DNA from: Escherichia coli
GTDB taxonomy: Bacteria; Pseudomonadota; Gammaproteobacteria; Enterobacterales; Enterobacteriaceae
Assembly: GCF_030013205.1 (NCBI RefSeq)
Contig: NZ_CP122648.1
Reading direction: 5' to 3' (one strand)
Length of the DNA stretch: 64,000 bases
Position numbers and translations under genes: made by a program. Positions 22,220 through 36,812 of the stretch are shown in pieces (position 1 is the first letter of the stretch; the number at the start of each line of letters is the position of its first letter). Below the pieces are notes generated by a model. It ran no database searches. It was not told where the DNA came from and saw only the letters and a list, made by a program, of their open reading frames with translations.

Positions 22220-23380
22220 CTAAATCAGTAAGTTGGCAGCATCACCTGTTATAGCCATTAGATCCTTATTTGAATTAAGGTTCGTTGGTGCTGTTAGCAC
22301 TGTATCCATTTTTAACTTACCATTAGTTCCTCGCCCCCACCACGTCCATAGCGTGTCAGGTCCTATTACATTTGTATGTAACTCTTTAGCTAATTGGCTA
22401 GCAAATGAATTTTGTCCTTTACCTGTATTACAAGAAAATAACCAAACTGTCATCCCATCTTTATAATTCCCATCAAATTTAATTAGATATGCTAGATCTT
22501 TAGCTGTCATGATACTGCGCGTTGCGGATTCAATAGATGTGGGGGTACCATGCCCCCCGATTGTGAAAACGCCTGGGATATTAATCTCATCAGCTACAGA
22601 ATGGATAAGATCACTTTCGGGGTATAAATTTATATCAACCAAACCTTGCGGATCTACATTTATGACCGGATTCAACGGATACTGATAAAAATTCCATCCC
22701 CCCTTCAGCCCAATCGGATCCTGAGTGATATACCGCCCCTGCAGCGGGTCATAATAGCGGTGGCGGTTGTAATACAGGCCGGACTCCTCATCATACTGCT
22801 GACCCGGCAGGCGGATGAGCTGCTGCAGCTGGTGCGGGTTCTCTTCATTCAGCAGGTTGCCCCACTCATCGTATTCTGCGTACCACGCTGTTGCCCCTTC
22901 CGTGCTGACAAGCGCCAGCGGCAGGCCGCGATGGTCGCAGTGGTACAGGTGGATTTTTCGCGCCGGCGTGTACACCGGGTCCATCTGGTTTTGTATCTGC
23001 TCCACCGTCAGGCCGCACGATGCCAGCCAGCGGCGGCTTTCCTCACTCACCCGGTCAGCCAGGATTTCACTTTCCAGCCGGTCGAGCATCTGCACCAGCA
23101 CCGGCGGGAACACCATACTGCCACCGTCTTCACCGCCGGACTGCTGAAGGGCATCCGCCAGGCTGCGGCGCTGCGTTTTCGCCAGCTCACCGGTGGCGGT
23201 TTCGACCCTGATGAGTGGCGTGAAGCTCCCCGGCTGATAAACCGTCTGGATGCGGGTTCTGTCGTTCTGTATCGTGGTCAGCCGGTCGCCGTCCCAGCCG
23301 TACCAGGTCACTTCCGGTTTCCGTGACAGCGACATCCAGCCCGTCAGGTCCCGTTCACGCCGCCACACCCGTTTTGCCAC
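22220..23380 (-). pseudogene. rhsB: rhsB 3' portion: conserved core end (DPxGL motif) plus C-terminal toxin domain interrupted by IS1
   Basis: 386-aa frame with [13 protein letters not shown]...NVDPQGL then a variable C-terminal domain; the last 8 codons (GDAANLLI) are IS1-derived. Confidence 0.85.
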
Positions 23381-26364
23381 CCTGCGGCCCAGCGGGTTTC
23401 AACCAGCGGCTCTGCATATTGTGTCCGCGTGTAGTGCACCAGCCGGTGCCGGCTGTCGTAATGGTACCGGTGAGTCCGCTCATCATCCGTGCGGATAACC
23501 CCTTCCGGGATGAGGTCGGTTTTCTCCGTCAGCCTGCCGTGACGGTCATACCGGTAAAGATAGTGCGCGTCACGGGCGATACGGTTATCCGGCCACATGC
23601 TGAGGGTGCTGTCCGGGTGCAGCTCCGGGTCGGGCAGGCGGTTGCCCGCCGGGTCCGTGGCATACGGGATGCGGATATCCAGATTCGCTGCGGTGGTGTG
23701 GACGCCGGTCAGCCTGCCGGTGTCGCTGTAGCTGTAACTCCGGGTCTGGCGCGGGCTGCTGATGCGGATGAGTTCGCCGTTGTCGTTCCAGGTGTAATCG
23801 CGGTCATACTGCAGGCTGTTCAGGTGCTGGCTCTGTAACTGCCCGGCAGGGGTGTAAGCGGTGGTGAGTTCATAACGGCCGAAGCTGCGCAGCGTTTCCC
23901 GGTGCAGGCGGTCGCGGGTGTACTCCACCAGCGGTGTGTCGCCGAGTTTCATGCCTGACAGCCAGCCGCTGCCGTAGGTCAGCCATTCCACGGCGGGCAG
24001 GCTGTCCGGTATACAGCGGTTCGCCAGTCCCTGCGTGTTGTAAGCGTGTCTGGTTTCATGCTGCCAGAGCAGTGCTTCCGTCTGCGGATGATGCACCGTC
24101 TGGCGCTCACCGGTCAGGCGGCCTTTCTCATCATACCCGTAATGCACCGTCACCCGGTGGCCTTCGCTGAGATGGCTGATGCCTGTCAGCCAGCCGCGTT
24201 CGTCATACTGCCACTGCTCTGCAGGTTCACCCTTCACGGTGCGGTGAGTGAGGCGGTCTGCTTCGTCATAGTGCCAGTGGGTGACCAGCCCCTCATCCTC
24301 GCTGCGGATAAGTTTACCGGTCAGGTCGTGGTGATAACGCTGTGTGCGGCCGTCAAAGCCGGTTTCCTGTATCAGCCGGTCGAGTACATCGTAACGGAAG
24401 GTGGTGTGGCTGCCGTTTTCACTGGTCAGGCGGATGACCCGTCCGGCAGCATCGTATTCCATACTGCGCGTCAGACCGCCCTGTGTGGTACGGATGGCCT
24501 TTCCCCACGCATCGTACTGTGTCCCGTTTCTGCTGCCGTCCGGGGCAATGACGGCGGTCAGGTCACCGGCGGCGTTGTATTCATACCGCGTTTCATGGCC
24601 CTGCGTGTCTTTCACCGCAATTAACTGTCCACGGCTGTCGTATGCGCGGTACTGACTCAGCCCTTCCTCGCGGTGCACCGCCGTCACCTGACCAAAACGG
24701 TCATGGTCATAACGGGTTACATAACCGGAACAGTCAGTGACGGTCAGCAACTGACCGTAACGGCTCCATGTCATGGTTTTCCGGCTGCCGGTGGCATCTT
24801 CCGTTGCGCAGGGTAAGTCACTGTGTGGATTATCATAACGGTAGCGGGTGATATCGCCGTTGTGTGCGGTTTCCTGAATCAGACGGCCGGATTCATCATA
24901 TTTGCGGCGCAACTCCAGCCCGTCAGTCCCGGTGGCTGACGTTAACTGGTTGTGGTGGTTATAGTAAAATGCCGATGCCCTGCCATCCGGTGTGGTGATG
25001 CGCGTGATGAGTCCCGTCACCACATCCGGGCTGTACTCAGTCGTCCGGCCTGCGGCATCCGTCTGTGCCTTAAGCCCGCCCACCGCGTCAAACTGACTCT
25101 GCGTGACGCTGCCGTCCGCGTGTTCCTTTTTCACCACCCGCTTCAGCCCGCCTTCGCCCTGCGTGTGCAGCACTTCACGGCGGTCCAGACTGTCGGTGAT
25201 GGTGATGCGGTCTTTCTCATACTGATACGTGTAGCTTAAGCCTGCCGGGTTTAGCTGTTCTGTCACCCGCCCGTCGCTGTCGTAACGGTAACGGATTTCC
25301 GGCCGGCCCGTGTGACGGTGCGCCACCATCCGGCCCCGGTATTTATCATCGTAAGTAAAGCTGCGCACCTGTGTATTGCTGCGGTCATACACCGCCGCCA
25401 GTTCGCCGCGTGGCGTCCAGCCATAGCGCACCAGCGGCGCGGCAGGTAAATTCTCCGGGTATTCCGGGTCGTGCGTCAGCCACACGGCAGACAGACGGAT
25501 GCCGTTGTCCCGGCCATATTCGGTGTAACCCGGCAGGGTATCAGGAAAAGCGGACGGTTCCGTCCCGCCGGAAGAGGCCTGCTGCCGGGCTTCTTCTGCC
25601 CGCTGCGCCTGCGTGGTCAGTACCAGCCGGAAGTGACGCCCGGCACCATCCGTCACGCCGGTGATTTCGCCGCTGAATTCGCCGCCAGCCTCACGGTGAA
25701 ACGTCTGTGTGCGCCCGAAGCGGTCCACCAGCCCGGTCAGTACCCGGTACGGCGGCAGCGGCGCGGGCAGCACCTCATCCGCTTCCGGCACCCGCTCACA
25801 CCAGCCGAGCAGCCACCACGGCCCCTGCGGACTGTTTGTCGCCAGATAACGATGCGGACTTAAGCGGAGTTCTTCCGGCAGCGCCTGCCAGAGTGCGGCC
25901 AGCCGGTGACCTTCATCCAGTTTCAGGACACCGCCACGCACCAGCCAGAGTGATTCGCTGCGGCTGTAACCGTCCTCACCGGGAAACAGGTGCTCAAAAT
26001 ACAGGCTTCTGCCGCCGTTATCACTGAGTATCAGTGTGTTATCGCGCAGCTGTAAGCGGATATCCGCAGGCATTTTCCAGCCGGGGCCTAGGCTTCCCAC
26101 CGGCGCGGGCGTTTTTGTCCGGTAACTGCTGTAGGTGCGGGAGAGGATGAACGGCAGCGGGCCGGGCAGTGCAAGGTCTGTCTCGCCGGGAAGGACCTTC
26201 GCACCGAGCAGCGGATTGACCGGATGGCCGGACGTCACCCCGCCGGGGCACACCGAACAGGCCACGCCGGTGGGGGCACCAATACGTACCCCGGCTGAAC
26301 CCTGGACAATGCTACCGCCATACTGCGTCATGTCGCCCTGACGCGCCGCCGGTTTTCCGCTCAT
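23344..26364 (-). pseudogene. rhsB: rhsB core (YD-repeat protein), separated from its 3' part by a frameshift
   Basis: 1006-aa [20 protein letters not shown]... with many YD repeats; ends 37 nt inside the next ORF in another frame. Confidence 0.88.
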
Positions 26365-26566
26365 CGTAAAATCCTTTTCTATTATTTTAATGACAGTATC
26401 TTCATACGAAAAAGCGAAGAAAAACTTGTGGTCACAATGAATTGAAGATTTTTAGGAATATATTTAGAACGTTACAAAAGAGAAGGTTCGGATAGGGTAT
26501 TTAGAGAGGAATCAGGTGTGCTAGTGGCCCTTTGTTGATCGTTCACCAAAGGACCCAATAATAGGC

Positions 26567-29369
<2,803 letters not shown>

Positions 29370-29373
<4 letters not shown>

Positions 29374-30314
29374 GCGTGGGCTCCTTCATGACGACGAATG
29401 CGCGGGTCCAGCGCGGCGTTGAGCAAATCGACAATCAAATTACAGACCACAAAAACCACCACCATCATCAGCGTAAAGCACTGGATCACCGGATAGTCAC
29501 GGTTAAAAATCGCCGACACCGCATAGCGCCCGACGCCCGGCCAGGCAAAGATGTTTTCGATAATCATCGTCCCGCCAATCAGTTCGCCAATGTGCATCCC
29601 CACGGCGGTGATCATCGGCAGCGAGGCATTGCGCAGAATATGACGACGCTCGGTTTGTTTGTCATTCAGGCCGCGTAGCCGCGCCCAGGTGACGTGACGC
29701 TGACCGGCGACGTCCAGCATACTGGCGCGCAGCAGCCGCGCGTTAATCGCCAGCGACATAAAGGCAATGGAAACCGCAGGCAAAATGATGTGCTGCCAGC
29801 CGCCGTAGCCCATCGCGGGTAGCCATTGCAGATATACCGAAAACGCCATCACCAGCAAAAACGCCAGCCAGAAGTTGGGCATCGACACGCCGAGAAACGC
29901 GATGAAACGTACGGCGAAATCCGGCAGACGATCGCGATGGCGCGCCGCCCAGATACCGAGCGGTACGGAAGTGAGCAGAATTAACACCAGCGCGGCACCT
30001 GCAAGTTCCAGCGTGGCGGGCAGGAAGTTCAGCATATCGTCCAGCACCGGGCGTTGGCTGGCGAATGAGATACCAAAGTCAAGATGCAGCGCCTTCCACA
30101 ACCAGGTGCCGTACTGGACATACAGCGGCTGATCCAGCCCCAGCATGGTGCGTGTAGAGGCCAGCATCTCCGGCGTCGGCGGCAGGTTAGACAGACGCAA
30201 ATAATCAAGCGCCGGGTCGCCGGTGCCGAGGCGCAGCATCAGAAAAATGATCACCGAGGCGGCGAGCACCATCGGGATCAGCAGCAGAAAGCGGCGTAAT
30301 ACGTAACGCAACAT
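29370..30314 (-). CDS. nikB: nickel ABC transporter permease
   Basis: 314-aa hydrophobic ORF. Confidence 0.93.
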
Positions 30315-31888
30315 TAAGGTTTCACCGGTTTAATCTGTTCGAACGGAATTTCGGTGGCGATCGGCGCGTAGGGGATGTTACCCAGCTCCGGTTTTGATAC
30401 CACCATCATTGAGATGTAACTGATAGGCAGATAAACCGCCTCGTCATGCAGACGGGTCAGAATGTCGCGATACAGCGCCTGACGTTGCGTTTCGTCATGG
30501 GTTGCCAGCACTTCGCCGATCTCTTTATCAATCAGCGGCTTGTCGGCTAATCCTTGCTGTGCCTGGAAATCAGCGTGCGACGGTACGCGCATTGAACTCA
30601 GGAAGGCGTGTGGATCGTATGGCGCGCCCCAGGTGCGATGGAAAATCATGCCAAAACGACCGTCGCGCTGACGAGCATAGATACTGCTCTCTTCTTCGCC
30701 AACCAGTGAGACATCTGCGCCAATCTGGCGCATATCAGCCTGAATGATTTCCGCCATCGATTTGCTTAACGCATCGGTGCCGATGAACGACAGTTCAATG
30801 CGCAGCGGCTGACCATTTTTCTCGCGGATGTCTTTGCCCGCAGGAAGCGTCCAACCGGCTTTTTCCAGCAACGCTTTCGCTTTCTGCGGATCGTACTGGC
30901 GCGGTTTCAGGCCGAGGTTGGCGTAGGGCACAGAAGGAGCAAACAGGGTGTCGGCGACCTGCTGGGTGCCATACAACGCGTTATCAATCAGCGATTTTTT
31001 GTTTACCGCGTAATTAAGAGCTTCACGTACGGCCAGCTCGTTGGTGGGGGCTTTGGCGGTATTGAGCGCCAGCATCACGGTTTCGATCGGCTGTGACAGT
31101 TGGGTGTGGTAAGCCGGGTTCTGGCTAAAGCGGGCGAAGGTATCGAGCGGTAATAACCCTTCGTTTCCGTACAGCAGGTCGATATCGCCAGTTTCAAACG
31201 CCACCGCGCGGGTAGTCGGGTCCGGGATCACGTTAAAGGTGATCTTTTTAATCGCCGGCTTTTCGCCCCAGTAGTTTTCGTTACGGACGAAGACATCGTA
31301 CTGATTCAGTTTCGATTCCTGCAAAATCCACGGCCCGGTGCCAATTGGCGCTTTAATCCCGTTCATGGTTTCATGGTTTTTAAACTGCGAGGGGGCGATA
31401 AAACGGAAAGGGCGCGGCAGGGCCAGTTCTTGCAGGAAAGGATAGTAGGCGCTTTTCAGGGTGATTTGCAGCTCTGTTTTACTGAGTGCTTTGACATCAA
31501 CAATCTGGTTTGCCAGCTCCAGCCAGGCGTGACGTTGACGGTTATCGAGCACTGCGCGGAAGTTTTCTGCCGCCGCCTCTGCATCAAACGATTCGCCGTT
31601 GGAGAATTTCACGTCATCACGCAGGGTGAAGGTCCAGGTTTTACCATCTTCTGAATGAGTCCAGCTTTTTGCCAGCCACGGGATCACCGAACCGTCTGCC
31701 TGATATTTCACCAATGGTTCATAAACCATGCTCTGGGCGAACATCTGGTTAGGCGTGTAAAGGTGCGGGTTTAGTGGCCCGACATTCACCGGCCAGGCGG
31801 TGGTGATTTCATCTGGTGCAGCGGCATGGACGATAAAAGACGCACAAGCCAGCAGCGCAAATAGAGTGCGGCGGAGTGTAGAGAACAT
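30314..31888 (-). CDS. nikA: periplasmic nickel-binding protein
   Basis: 524-aa ORF with N-terminal signal peptide, family 5 solute-binding protein. Confidence 0.93.
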
Positions 31889-31925
31889 GGTAACCCCAAT
31901 GGATTAAAATAGATGGCGGAAATAA

Positions 31926-31953
31926 GTATGACGATTTTAAGTATTCGTCATAC
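31926..31953. promoter_or_regulatory. NikR operator GTATGA-N16-TCATAC in the nikA promoter
   Basis: Perfect dyad gtatga cgattttaagtattcg tcatac about 40 bp upstream of the nikA start; this is the established NikR recognition pattern. Confidence 0.85.
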
Positions 31954-31998
31954 TGATAACCTGTTCTGGATCAAAAGATGGACAGTCGGGTGGGCGGA

Positions 31999-32586
31999 TC
32001 AGTTAACTGAATCGATCCATTGCACACTGTCGGCGGTGAGCGTAAAGGGGGTAGGGGTGCAGATCGCCAGGCTTAAATTTTCTAGCTGACAATGGCTGAC
32101 TGACAGCGAGGAGTTATAGGTGCTGTCTACGCTGACGATTTGCCAGGCGCTGCCGCCACGCTGTTTAACGATGGCTTCTTTGCGCGTCCAGATGCGCCAG
32201 AACATTTCCAGTTGCTGATCAGGATGCACGGCGTCCATCTCAGCGTGTTCCCCGAGGCTGAACACGGCGTTCGCCAGCCAGCGCCAGTTGGCGCGCGGGC
32301 GAATCACTTCGATATCGCAGCCGACTTCGCCTTCATCGCTCAACAGCAGAGCGATATCGTCACCGCTATGGCTTAAGTTGAACCATAGCGGCGTTTCCGG
32401 CGCGAATGCCGGTTTGCCTTGTTCGCCATAGATGATCTCCGGTAGCGGGGAAAGCGTGTGCGAAAGTAATGCACGCCCCGCCAGCCAGCGTTCGCGTCGT
32501 GGACCTTGCGGTGCTTGCTCGCGTAAACCTGGTGGCAGTGGAGCTGCGCTTAAGGTCGAAACTTTCCCCAGAACTATCCGATACAT
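31999..32586 (-). CDS. acpT: 4'-phosphopantetheinyl transferase
   Basis: 195-aa ORF matching AcpT as recalled. Confidence 0.88.
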   Translation of the reverse strand: MYRIVLGKVSTLSAAPLPPGLREQAPQGPRRERWLAGRALLSHTLSPLPEIIYGEQGKPAFAPETPLWFNLSHSGDDIALLLSDEGEVGCDIEVIRPRANWRWLANAVFSLGEHAEMDAVHPDQQLEMFWRIWTRKEAIVKQRGGSAWQIVSVDSTYNSSLSVSHCQLENLSLAICTPTPFTLTADSVQWIDSVN

Positions 32587-32640
32587 ATCAGGGCCAACGT
32601 ATAATGGAAAATGAAAGTGCGTATCGTATCACTTGTCGCC

Positions 32641-33690
32641 TCATCCCGGTAACCGACTTTTCGGTCTGCCTGGCCCCAGTAAAATCGCCAGTTTGCTACC
32701 GCCTTTCGTAGTTTCCATCCAGATTTTACACACGCTGGTTAATGGCACCGAAAGTAGCATCCCTACCGGGCCGAGCAGCCATCCCCAAATTAACAATGAA
32801 AGAAATACCACCATGGTGGACATCCCCAGGCGATGGCCCATCATCCGTGGCTCTAAAATATTGCCGATGACCATATGGACCACTAAAAACAATGCGCCGA
32901 CCAGAATACATTCGTAAATACCATTAAACAGCAGTACCTGAATCATTGGCGGTACGGCGGAAATTACCGCGCCGATATTGGGCACGTAGTTGAGCAAAAA
33001 CGCCAGTACTGCCCACATCAGCGCAAACTGCACCCCCATCAGCTCCAGCCCCAGCCAGACGATAACGCCTGTCCATAAACTTAGCAGTGTTTTCAATGCC
33101 AGATAATGCGAAACGCCTTTAAGTGCGCGGTGTAGTCCGGTGATGTGAATTTGTGGATTATTCAACGCGAAACGCATTTTGTAAGGGACGTGGCGCACTT
33201 CAAACAGCATAAAAACTACGGTCATCACTAGCAAAAGCACGCTCGCCATTGCCCCGGAAAGCCCGGTCATTAGCGCCGTGGTGAAGGTAACCACTTTTTC
33301 CGAGTCCATCCGCTGCAGTATTCGCTCCGGCGACATATGCAAATTAAGAAAAGGCAACATCTCCTGCAATTTAAAAAGTTTGCGCGTCAGCTCCTTATTA
33401 AACTTCGGCAGCATAGAGATAAATTCGTTAAACGATGCCGCCAGTACGCCGACCAGCGCGGTGAGTGCGATCAGCATCACCACAACCACAATCGTAATGG
33501 CAACGGGGCGTTGTACCCCCCGACGAATAAACCAGGTGACGAGCGGGTTGAGAACGATGGCAAAAAACAGCGCCAGTAATAGCTGCACAATGATATCTGC
33601 CGCTGCGTGAATGCCCGCGAGGATCACTACCAGCGAGGCCAGCTTGAGCAGAATGTGCATGCCCGTTTTATCGGGTTGAGGGGTTTCCAT
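32641..33690 (-). CDS. yhhT: AI-2E/UPF0118 family transporter
   Basis: 349-codon frame from METPQPDKTGMH...; multi-TM; the ORF-track 376-aa extension is rejected. Confidence 0.85.
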   Translation of the reverse strand: METPQPDKTGMHILLKLASLVVILAGIHAAADIIVQLLLALFFAIVLNPLVTWFIRRGVQRPVAITIVVVVMLIALTALVGVLAASFNEFISMLPKFNKELTRKLFKLQEMLPFLNLHMSPERILQRMDSEKVVTFTTALMTGLSGAMASVLLLVMTVVFMLFEVRHVPYKMRFALNNPQIHITGLHRALKGVSHYLALKTLLSLWTGVIVWLGLELMGVQFALMWAVLAFLLNYVPNIGAVISAVPPMIQVLLFNGIYECILVGALFLVVHMVIGNILEPRMMGHRLGMSTMVVFLSLLIWGWLLGPVGMLLSVPLTSVCKIWMETTKGGSKLAILLGPGRPKSRLPG

Positions 33691-33809
33691 TGGGGCTTCC
33701 TTGTGACTTTTTGTATTAAGTGTAGCGGGAGTCACGCCAGCAATATTCTGATTCTTACTGCTGATTTTCACGTCAGCACGTGGTAAAAATGAAACACTGT
33801 TGTAAAAAT

Positions 33810-35027
33810 GTGGTGATCCTCATGCCCGAACCCGCGCTAAACGGATTGCGCCTGAATTTGCGCATTGTCTCCATTGTCATGTTTAACTTCGCCAGCTACC
33901 TCACCATCGGGTTGCCGCTCGCTGTATTACCGGGCTATGTCCATGATGTGATGGGCTTTAGCGCTTTCTGGGCAGGATTGGTTATCAGCCTGCAATATTT
34001 CGCCACCTTGCTGAGCCGCCCTCATGCCGGACGTTACGCCGATTTGCTGGGACCCAAAAAGATTGTCGTCTTCGGTTTATGCGGCTGCTTTTTGAGCGGT
34101 CTGGGATATCTGACGGCAGGATTAACCGCCAGTCTGCCCGTCATCAGCCTGTTATTACTTTGCCTGGGACGCGTCATCCTTGGGATTGGGCAAAGTTTTG
34201 CCGGAACGGGATCGACCCTGTGGGGCGTTGGCGTGGTTGGCTCGCTGCATATCGGGCGGGTGATTTCGTGGAACGGCATTGTCACTTACGGGGCGATGGC
34301 GATGGGTGCGCCGTTAGGTGTCGTGTTTTATCACTGGGGCGGCTTGCAGGCGTTATCGTTAATCATTATGGGCGTGGCGCTGGTGGCCATTTTGTTGGCG
34401 ATCCCGCGTCCGACGGTAAAAGCCAGTAAAGGCAAACCGCTGCCGTTTCGCGCGGTGCTTGGGCGCGTCTGGCTGTACGGTATGGCGCTGGCACTGGCTT
34501 CCGCCGGATTTGGCGTCATCGCCACCTTTATCACGCTGTTTTATGACGCTAAAGGTTGGGACGGTGCGGCTTTCGCGTTGACGCTGTTTAGCTGTGCGTT
34601 TGTCGGTACGCGTTTGTTATTCCCTAATGGTATTAACCGTATCGGCGGCTTAAACGTGGCGATGATTTGCTTTAGCGTTGAGATAATCGGCCTGCTACTG
34701 GTTGGCGTGGCGACTATGCCGTGGATGGCGAAAATCGGCGTCTTACTCGCGGGGGCAGGGTTTTCGCTGGTGTTCCCGGCATTGGGCGTAGTGGCGGTAA
34801 AAGCGGTTCCGCAGCAAAATCAGGGGGCGGCGCTGGCAACTTACACCGTATTTATGGATTTATCGCTTGGCGTGACCGGACCACTGGCTGGGCTGGTGAT
34901 GAGCTGGGCGGGCGTACCGGTGATTTATCTGGCGGCGGCGGGACTGGTCGCAATCGCGTTATTACTGACGTGGCGATTAAAAAAACGGCCTCCGGAACAC
35001 GTCCCTGAGGCCGCCTCATCATCTTAA
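33810..35027 (+). CDS. yhhS: MFS transporter
   Basis: 12-TM-like ORF; start is uncertain between GTG 33810, ATG 33822 and ATG 33780. Confidence 0.85.
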   Translation: MVILMPEPALNGLRLNLRIVSIVMFNFASYLTIGLPLAVLPGYVHDVMGFSAFWAGLVISLQYFATLLSRPHAGRYADLLGPKKIVVFGLCGCFLSGLGYLTAGLTASLPVISLLLLCLGRVILGIGQSFAGTGSTLWGVGVVGSLHIGRVISWNGIVTYGAMAMGAPLGVVFYHWGGLQALSLIIMGVALVAILLAIPRPTVKASKGKPLPFRAVLGRVWLYGMALALASAGFGVIATFITLFYDAKGWDGAAFALTLFSCAFVGTRLLFPNGINRIGGLNVAMICFSVEIIGLLLVGVATMPWMAKIGVLLAGAGFSLVFPALGVVAVKAVPQQNQGAALATYTVFMDLSLGVTGPLAGLVMSWAGVPVIYLAAAGLVAIALLLTWRLKKRPPEHVPEAASSS

Positions 35028-35030
35028 AAC

Positions 35031-35588
35031 TTACTGAATAACCAGCGTATTAATGATGTTTTCTGCGGTGGTCTGCGCTTTTTGCTGATCGTCAGCGGGC
35101 AGCGTAATTTGCATGGTCAGCAGTTGATTACCTACGTTACCCAGAATAACGGAAGAGTACGCCGTCTGGCCTTTCGCGGAGATAATGCTGTCTAACTGCT
35201 GCATTTTGTGACCTTTCAGCTCAATGGCTTTATTGGTCACCACTTGCAGCTGCGGATCGCGGCTACGTTGCTGATCTTCCAGACGCTTCGCCAGCACTGC
35301 CAGATCTTCTTTCGGATCATCGCCCATGATGACGATGACTGCTTTTTGCCCGGTGGCGTCGGACCAGACATGCATGTTATTAGCCTGCGTTCCCAGCTTA
35401 CCGCTCTGGTCGGTCATATCCGCTGGCAGCGAGAAACTTAACTTGCCATCAAGCAGGTTGACGGGATTCCCGGTAGCGTTACTTTCCGCGACCGAACCCT
35501 GCGCCGTAGCGTTAGTGTCTTTATCATCACAGGCCGCAAGCCCCATAACCAGCAGGCCAATTCCGACATATTTAACCAGATTGCGCAT
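35031..35588 (-). CDS. dcrB: periplasmic lipoprotein DcrB
   Basis: 185-codon frame [20 protein letters not shown] with lipobox LAAC; convergent with yhhS. Confidence 0.88.
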
Positions 35589-35660
35589 TGACTTCTTCCT
35601 TTCGATAAACGGCCATAACGGCTCATTCATCCATCTTATCACAACTCTGATAACGAACCT

Positions 35661-36326
35661 TTAACTCGCCTGCAAAGCGTTGATTTCGGATTTATCTGCC
35701 AGTCTTTTCAACAGCATATTGAGTAATACGCCATACATTGGCAGGAAGAAAACGATACTGATTAACACTTTGAAACAGTAATCGACCAGCGCGATTTCCA
35801 TCCAGTGTTCAGCCATAAAGGCATCCGGGCTACGCCAGAAGGCTATGAAGAAGAAGGCCAGCGTGTCGCTGACGTTACCAAACAGGGTGGAAGCCGTCGG
35901 TGCCAGCCACCAGCGACGACTCTGACGCAGGCGGTTAAAAACGTGCACGTCGAGGATTTGCCCCAGCGCGTAGGCCATGAAACTGGCGGTGGCGATACGG
36001 GCGACAAACAGGTTGAAGTGGGCGAGTGCGCCGAATCCCTGCCATGACCCCATATAAAACAGCGATGAGATGACGTAGGAGATCAGCAATGCGGGGATCA
36101 TTACCGCAAAAATGATACGACGAGCCAGCGGCGCGCCAAAAATACGCACGGTCAGGTCAGTAGCGAGAAAGATAAACGGAAAGCTAAATGCGCCCCAGGT
36201 GGTATGGAAACCAAAAATGGAGACGGGAAGCTGAACCAGATAGTTACTGGAGGTGATCACCAGCAGATGAAATAACGACAACCAGAACAACGCCTTATAG
36301 CGTTGAGTTTGCGAGAAAACGTTCAT
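35661..36326 (-). CDS. yhhQ: queuosine-precursor transporter
   Basis: 221-aa hydrophobic ORF matching YhhQ as recalled. Confidence 0.88.
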   Translation of the reverse strand: MNVFSQTQRYKALFWLSLFHLLVITSSNYLVQLPVSIFGFHTTWGAFSFPFIFLATDLTVRIFGAPLARRIIFAVMIPALLISYVISSLFYMGSWQGFGALAHFNLFVARIATASFMAYALGQILDVHVFNRLRQSRRWWLAPTASTLFGNVSDTLAFFFIAFWRSPDAFMAEHWMEIALVDYCFKVLISIVFFLPMYGVLLNMLLKRLADKSEINALQAS

Positions 36327-36546
36327 ATTGTACCTTTTTGATTAACCATTGGGGTGAGGGAACCCAATACGTACGACACGTCTGTTACCTTAACATAATA
36401 ACGTGCTTACCCTTTTTTCGAGCCGCCGCATGATACTGCTTTACGTTGACAATGCAATGGTTAATTTTCACGCAATCGTTAACCTGGTTTGCTTACGGAC
36501 TCACAGGGCGTAAACTAGCGCCGTTTTTTTATGTGATGAGAAGAAA

Positions 36547-36792
36547 ATGACCGATCTCTTTTCCAGCCCTGACCACACACTCGACGCACTTGGCCTGCGC
36601 TGCCCGGAACCGGTGATGATGGTGCGCAAAACCGTGCGCAATATGCAGCCTGGCGAAACGTTGCTGATTATCGCCGACGATCCGGCCACTACCCGCGATA
36701 TTCCTGGGTTTTGTACCTTTATGGAACACGAACTGGTTGCTAAAGAGACGGATGGACTGCCTTATCGTTATTTGATTCGCAAAGGCGGTTGA
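36547..36792 (+). CDS. tusA: sulfur carrier protein TusA
   Basis: 81-aa ORF with conserved CPEP motif ([10 protein letters not shown]). Confidence 0.93.
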
Positions 36793-36812
36793 TGGGGGCT
36801 GATTGGCTTCGA

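Larger units (their letters stand above)
21479..22246 (-). mobile_element. IS1 (768 bp), complete, flanked by 8-bp direct repeats tgttatag (21471..21478 and 22247..22254)
   Basis: Ends read ggtaatgactcc... and ...gcagcatcacc, which are the IS1 inverted repeats; contains insA and insB; target duplication seen directly. Confidence 0.95.

Noticed and set aside
22646-23326. 226-aa plus-strand ORF and many shorter ORFs on both strands across the rhsB body (22233..26341)
   Set aside because: High-GC Rhs core generates long stop-free antisense and out-of-frame stretches; none has independent support
31955-31998. Possible FNR half-site (ttgatccagaacag on the minus strand) upstream of nikA
   Set aside because: Only one TTGAT half matches the TTGAT-N4-ATCAA consensus; too weak to call from sequence alone
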